Shown here piece by piece: positions 59,876 through 64,000 of a stretch of DNA of 64,000 nt. How positions within the stretch are numbered: the stretch's first letter is position 1; each line of letters starts with the position of its first letter. Location of the stretch: NCBI GenBank assembly GCA_029953675.1, contig JAMWBK010000005.1:372001-436000 (forward strand), in the 5' to 3' direction. Under the pieces are notes generated by a model that searched no databases, was not told the origin of the DNA, and was given only the letters and a program-made list of their open reading frames with translations. This DNA is from Rhodosorus marinus CCMP1338. Its lineage: Eukaryota > Plantae > Rhodophyta. The translations under genes were made by a program, and so were the position numbers.

Positions 59876-62433
59876 ATACATGCACGCGGAAGGCACATCA
59901 CAATGGCCAGCCCACAAATGATAGATCAAAGAGCGGTCCGCGCATCGCCGTGCTCGCTTCTTGGTCCCGTCGGAACTCCCAGGGCGCTCCTTTCTTGCCC
60001 ATATCCAGTTCCGCATTTGGCATAGTAACCGTGTGTGGGAGATCTTGTCGCGCATGGGCTATCGATTTGTTCGGGTCAGATGTTCAAGACTCGCACCGGC
60101 AAGACAAAGCGAATTCCAAGTGAACCTGCAGGTCCATGCAGACGAACAGGGTCTTGTCCCCAGGACGAGTGATAGGTGGGTGATCCACTCATCGTCCCGA
60201 GGGGAAGAATCACCTCCTCCCGCCCCAGCACAGCGTCCTCGGATGAGATTCTGTTGTCACGAGTATATTCAATCATGTGTAGCTCTCCTCTCAATACTTT
60301 GTTCTATTGGAATTTGTCCGACAGGTCCTCAGTCAAAGCTGACTCCAAGCTGGTCGCCGATCTCCAGCCGGGGCTCCTCTCCGCTCGCAATTACGTACTA
60401 ATCCCTCCGGCCGACATTAACCGGAACTCCATATTTTCGTAACTTTTAGATCGTTCTTCCACATGTTCAATTGTCGTTCCAACAAAGAAATTCGTTAAAT
60501 ATATATCCGTTTAAGTTCACCTCGAATTCAATTCAATTTCCCTATTAAACCTAGAAAACAGGCACGACGCGCGTCACCGACTTGGAACGTTGTGACTAAC
60601 AAACCTACCCAATGGACTGGAGCTTTGTTCTTTGTTAAGAGCTCTATAAAAAGCAGGGGATACCAGGACGAGAAAAAAATGCCATATACTAACAAATTTA
60701 TTTCATATTTCTGAATTTAGTAAAGGTCGACGAACTTTACCCTGTAGACATGTAGACCAGAAATTCATAGCGTGATTGTCCATAGTAGGGGTAGGTATTC
60801 CTTCCACGCATGGAAAAATGCCGCTGTTCTCGTATTCGATAGAAAGAGGAGGAGCGTAAGAAGCACTTGCTTATGGAGCGCGCGCGCCCACTGGCTAATC
60901 GGCCCCCCCCAAAAAGATATAATTAATTCCCCTTGTTGTTGTACTTTCTAAAACCAACTTATTTTATGGTGAAATGGACGTGTAAACAGTACGGGAGAAG
61001 TTGGTTGCTCCCAGTTTTCGCCATATTTGGTCTTCAAAAATGAGTGAATTTCATTGCGGTCAGACGTCGCGACGGAACAAGCTTAAGCCAGCATCTGTCT
61101 AAAAATAATACGAATACTTGTTGTCGTGAGAGACACCCTACAGGAATAGTGGGTCCTATGGAAGGGGAAGAGAGGATCATGATTCCATGATTTCTAAAGA
61201 TGGATTCATCCCCCAGTTACTATATTTCGTTTTCACTAAAAAAACGGAGGACATCAGACGAAACTGCACGGAAATGAAAAACAGCTTACAAAATCCTAAG
61301 GATAGAATCAGTAGAGAGATGAAGAAACCCCCTTTTTGAACTATTAAGGAGAGGGTAGAATAGGGATGCTTAGTCGGCATATACCTTACCCAAAGTTGCA
61401 CATCCAAAAATACAAATAGTTTTGTAATGATTTGTGCTCACCCTAAATATGACTTCATTTTAAGACTTCATACTTGTTATCTAAAGTGGTGCGGAAAGGG
61501 GAGGGGTGGTCGGCGGTCCTGGGCAGCCCCAAGAGGTTCCTAAAAAGAAAACAAATAAATGAATTGTGTATGTACGTGCTAGTTTTCAAGCAGTAAAACA
61601 CTTCTACCCCATTGTTGGAAAGAGTCTAAAACAAAACAAAACGAAATGCAGCGCTTAGGAAGAATTTTTTTACCAAAATAACCCCATGATACATTTTCTT
61701 AACTTCACTTCCCCCCCCACCCACCCCGTTTCTTTTTTCATTTTCAGCAGAGCTCATCCAAGCCGATTTAGAAAAATATTACAATTCAAGAACAATCCAT
61801 AGCGTCGTACCGTTTTTGGATCCATGGCTTCCATTTAACAAAAACTTGTTTTTCCTGAAATCTATTAAACTCCATCTCTTGCATGCACATTTTTCTATTT
61901 GTATTCATTCATACCTTCTGTTTTTATTGGCTATTATTTTCTAATATGTATATATTAAATAAATAAATAAGCGGTGAAAATAAGTGAAAATGGAAATGCG
62001 CTTAGATTCCGCCAAAGTTAGAAAAATGACGTGTGCTGTGAGCAGACTGAGGAATTAAGGTTTTTTTCTTCATTGAGAAGGAGAGAGGGAAGCAGTCATT
62101 TGGGGAAATCCCGGACTTTGAGAGTTCGGTGGAGCTGCTCGCATATTTATTTTGCTCTCTGTTGGGGGTTGTGGGGGGGGGCGAGGTGGAGAAAGGCATT
62201 TTCTATTGGAGTGACTGCAAGATTTTTGATCGAATTTTTTTTGAAGGCGAGATTCTTTGTTTCATTCTCCACAGAGGAATTCGTGTTTTTTTTTTTCTCC
62301 TTCCTGTACTGTGCGAGCGCCTTCGAATTTTTGCCACTGTATGCATATATAGTGTGAGTTGGGTGGGGTGGAATGGGTTGTTGCGTGGGCTGTAGCGATC
62401 AGCGTAGCGGGCGGGGTGCTTTCGTGATTGATT

Positions 62434-62961
62434 ATGTTTAGAGAAGGGCGACGCGGTGTTTATGGAAATGGGATGACAGTCGCGAAGAGGACTGGTGGAC
62501 CTAGACGGGATCTGAAGTATCGGTGTACATGGGAAGGATGCGAGAAGAGTTTTTCTCGTCATTATAATTTTAATGTGCATTTGCGGTTACACACCGGATT
62601 GGAGCCCTATGCTTGTCCACATGAGGGCTGTTCGAAGCGCTTCAAGTGGCAGTCGGGGTTGACAAACCATATTCGAAAACATGAGAACGGTCTCGCTGGA
62701 CAGGATAGCGAGGATATGAAACGATCTGCTGGATGGTATACGAGAGCTCTGGACGGAAAGCGTAGGCTGGAGAACCGGGATTTCACGAGTTCCAGTGATG
62801 AAGATGGGTCCATGTTTGAATTTGAAGTACGAGAAATAGGCATCCAGTCATCGGGAGTCGTGCTCGGCGGAGACAGCTACGGGGTAGAATATGTTGTGAA
62901 AGACAAAGTCCTGATAAGGGCCTCAATTGAGAAACAAGAACCTTCTGTAAATGAAGCGTAG
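62434..62961 (+). CDS. Small C2H2 zinc-finger transcription factor (2 fingers); start codon uncertain
   Basis: YRCTWEGCEKSFSRHYNFNVHLRLHTGLEPYACPHEGCSKRFKWQSGLTNHIRKH with a canonical HTGxxPY linker. Confidence 0.9.
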   Translation: MFREGRRGVYGNGMTVAKRTGGPRRDLKYRCTWEGCEKSFSRHYNFNVHLRLHTGLEPYACPHEGCSKRFKWQSGLTNHIRKHENGLAGQDSEDMKRSAGWYTRALDGKRRLENRDFTSSSDEDGSMFEFEVREIGIQSSGVVLGGDSYGVEYVVKDKVLIRASIEKQEPSVNEA

Positions 62962-63315
62962 TCTATACATAGCGACGATTGTAGAGCTGAGAGAGATCGC
63001 TGCAACGTTGATTTTCCTTTTTTCATTTCTAACTGCATTTATGTAAATCTAACATCATTTCGCTAAGCATACTTAGATGATCAAAAAATTGGTCATCACA
63101 CTCAGTATTCACATTTTTGTGAAGGCAAGGTGTTAGTTCGGTTAGTCTTAGTCCAACGGCGAGCCAGAAAACCGAAATCTGAACCCAAAGGGACATCGAG
63201 ACAGCTGCAATGCAGCCATGTCCATTTTGTCCAATAATCCTCTCCACGCTGTCCACAATCTTGGTTGTCAGAGGTTGTTCTAGGCGGACAGCCATCGGCT
63301 CGAACGGGCTTGACG

Positions 63316-64000
63316 TTAGTTGGACGGGAGGAATCTTTTTGATTTATACTGATCGTGACGTTTGGTTGGGGAACCAGACTCGTCGGGTATGATATTCAGC
63401 TCTTTCCGCACCCCCTCTGCGAGTGCTTCAATTCTTCGCTGGACATCCCTCATGAAAAACTTGTCCAGAATCGTCTCATTGTAATTTCTCAGTTTGAGCA
63501 TCTTCATTGCTTCTCTATCTCGAGCCAGAGAGTGCTCCTTCAAAAGCATCACCTCCCGCGTGTTACGATAGGCGTCGAACTCCTCCCGGCTACATTGGAA
63601 GAGATGTACCAATGTTTCGTCCAGGGATTGCGCATCTACTGTGTCTACCCACACGAAATCCGGTTCCTTCTTGAAAACCTTGAGCTGATTCCGAGCCAAC
63701 TTCCTGTTATTGTACACCATTTGCTGTGCCCAACAAAAGAGCAAGATCTCAGGGCATCAGGATAAGCACAGCTTGGGTGTACATGCTAGTTTGTCCCAAC
63801 TTGTTCAAACCTACCTCTACGTAATGCACCACTGCAGGCCTCTTCCGAGTTTGCTCTATGCCCCGGGCAAACTTGAGGAGAACCTCCTTGGTCTCCGCAT
63901 AGCCGACGCTCCTTGATACAGCAAATCCGTCTGGAATCAGATCGTTTTCAAGGAGGAACGCGACCTCTTCTATAATACCGTTATGTCGCAGCATCGATCG
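63316..64000 (-). CDS. C-terminal part of a MiaA/IPT-family (tRNA dimethylallyltransferase-like) protein; 5' end outside the window
   Basis: MLRHNGIIEEVAFLL...AVSRSVGYAE (cf. ML..GL.EEV..L...A..AIGY.E); after an intron (~63727-63814), NNRKLARNQLKVFKKEPDFVWVD (cf. TR.YAKRQ.TWF....W.D). Confidence 0.7.

Noticed and set aside
1-64000. tRNA, rRNA, snRNA genes or telomeric repeats
   Set aside because: No cloverleaf with A/B boxes, rRNA signature or telomere-like array was recognised by eye; a tRNAscan-SE/Infernal run is needed to exclude them formally.

Overview
Eukaryotic nuclear DNA, gene-dense with short GT-AG introns; no prokaryotic features, rRNA, tRNA or CRISPR array were found. A red alga is the most likely source (inference from an MAFV-type plastid transit peptide with no signal peptide, plus TOP6B, CRY-DASH and a TPT-family transporter); the species cannot be determined. 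I can support 17 protein-coding genes: TruB-like (partial), TM9SF, MAK/ICK kinase, MYBBP1A/Pol5, RPA2, CRY-DASH-like, TPT-family transporter, a voltage-sensor/kinase fusion, SCC3/STAG, two p24 proteins, an M20 dipeptidase, TOP6B, an unknown plastid protein, PPAN/SSF1, a C2H2 zinc finger and MiaA-like (partial). Mobile and repeated DNA comprises a decayed Ty3/gypsy chromovirus flanked by an extra ~247-bp direct repeat, four Ty1/copia relics, two copies of a 120-bp MITE, a 76-bp palindrome and several tandem arrays (16-bp, ~15/105-bp higher-order, ~183-bp, 170-bp, 30-bp). The stand-out is the intronless 612-aa ORF at 25347-27185: an S1-S4 voltage-sensing domain with no pore, fused to an intact TKL/Raf-like kinase, i.e. 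a candidate voltage-sensing kinase analogous to voltage-sensing phosphatases. Exon boundaries are manual inferences and no database search was run.
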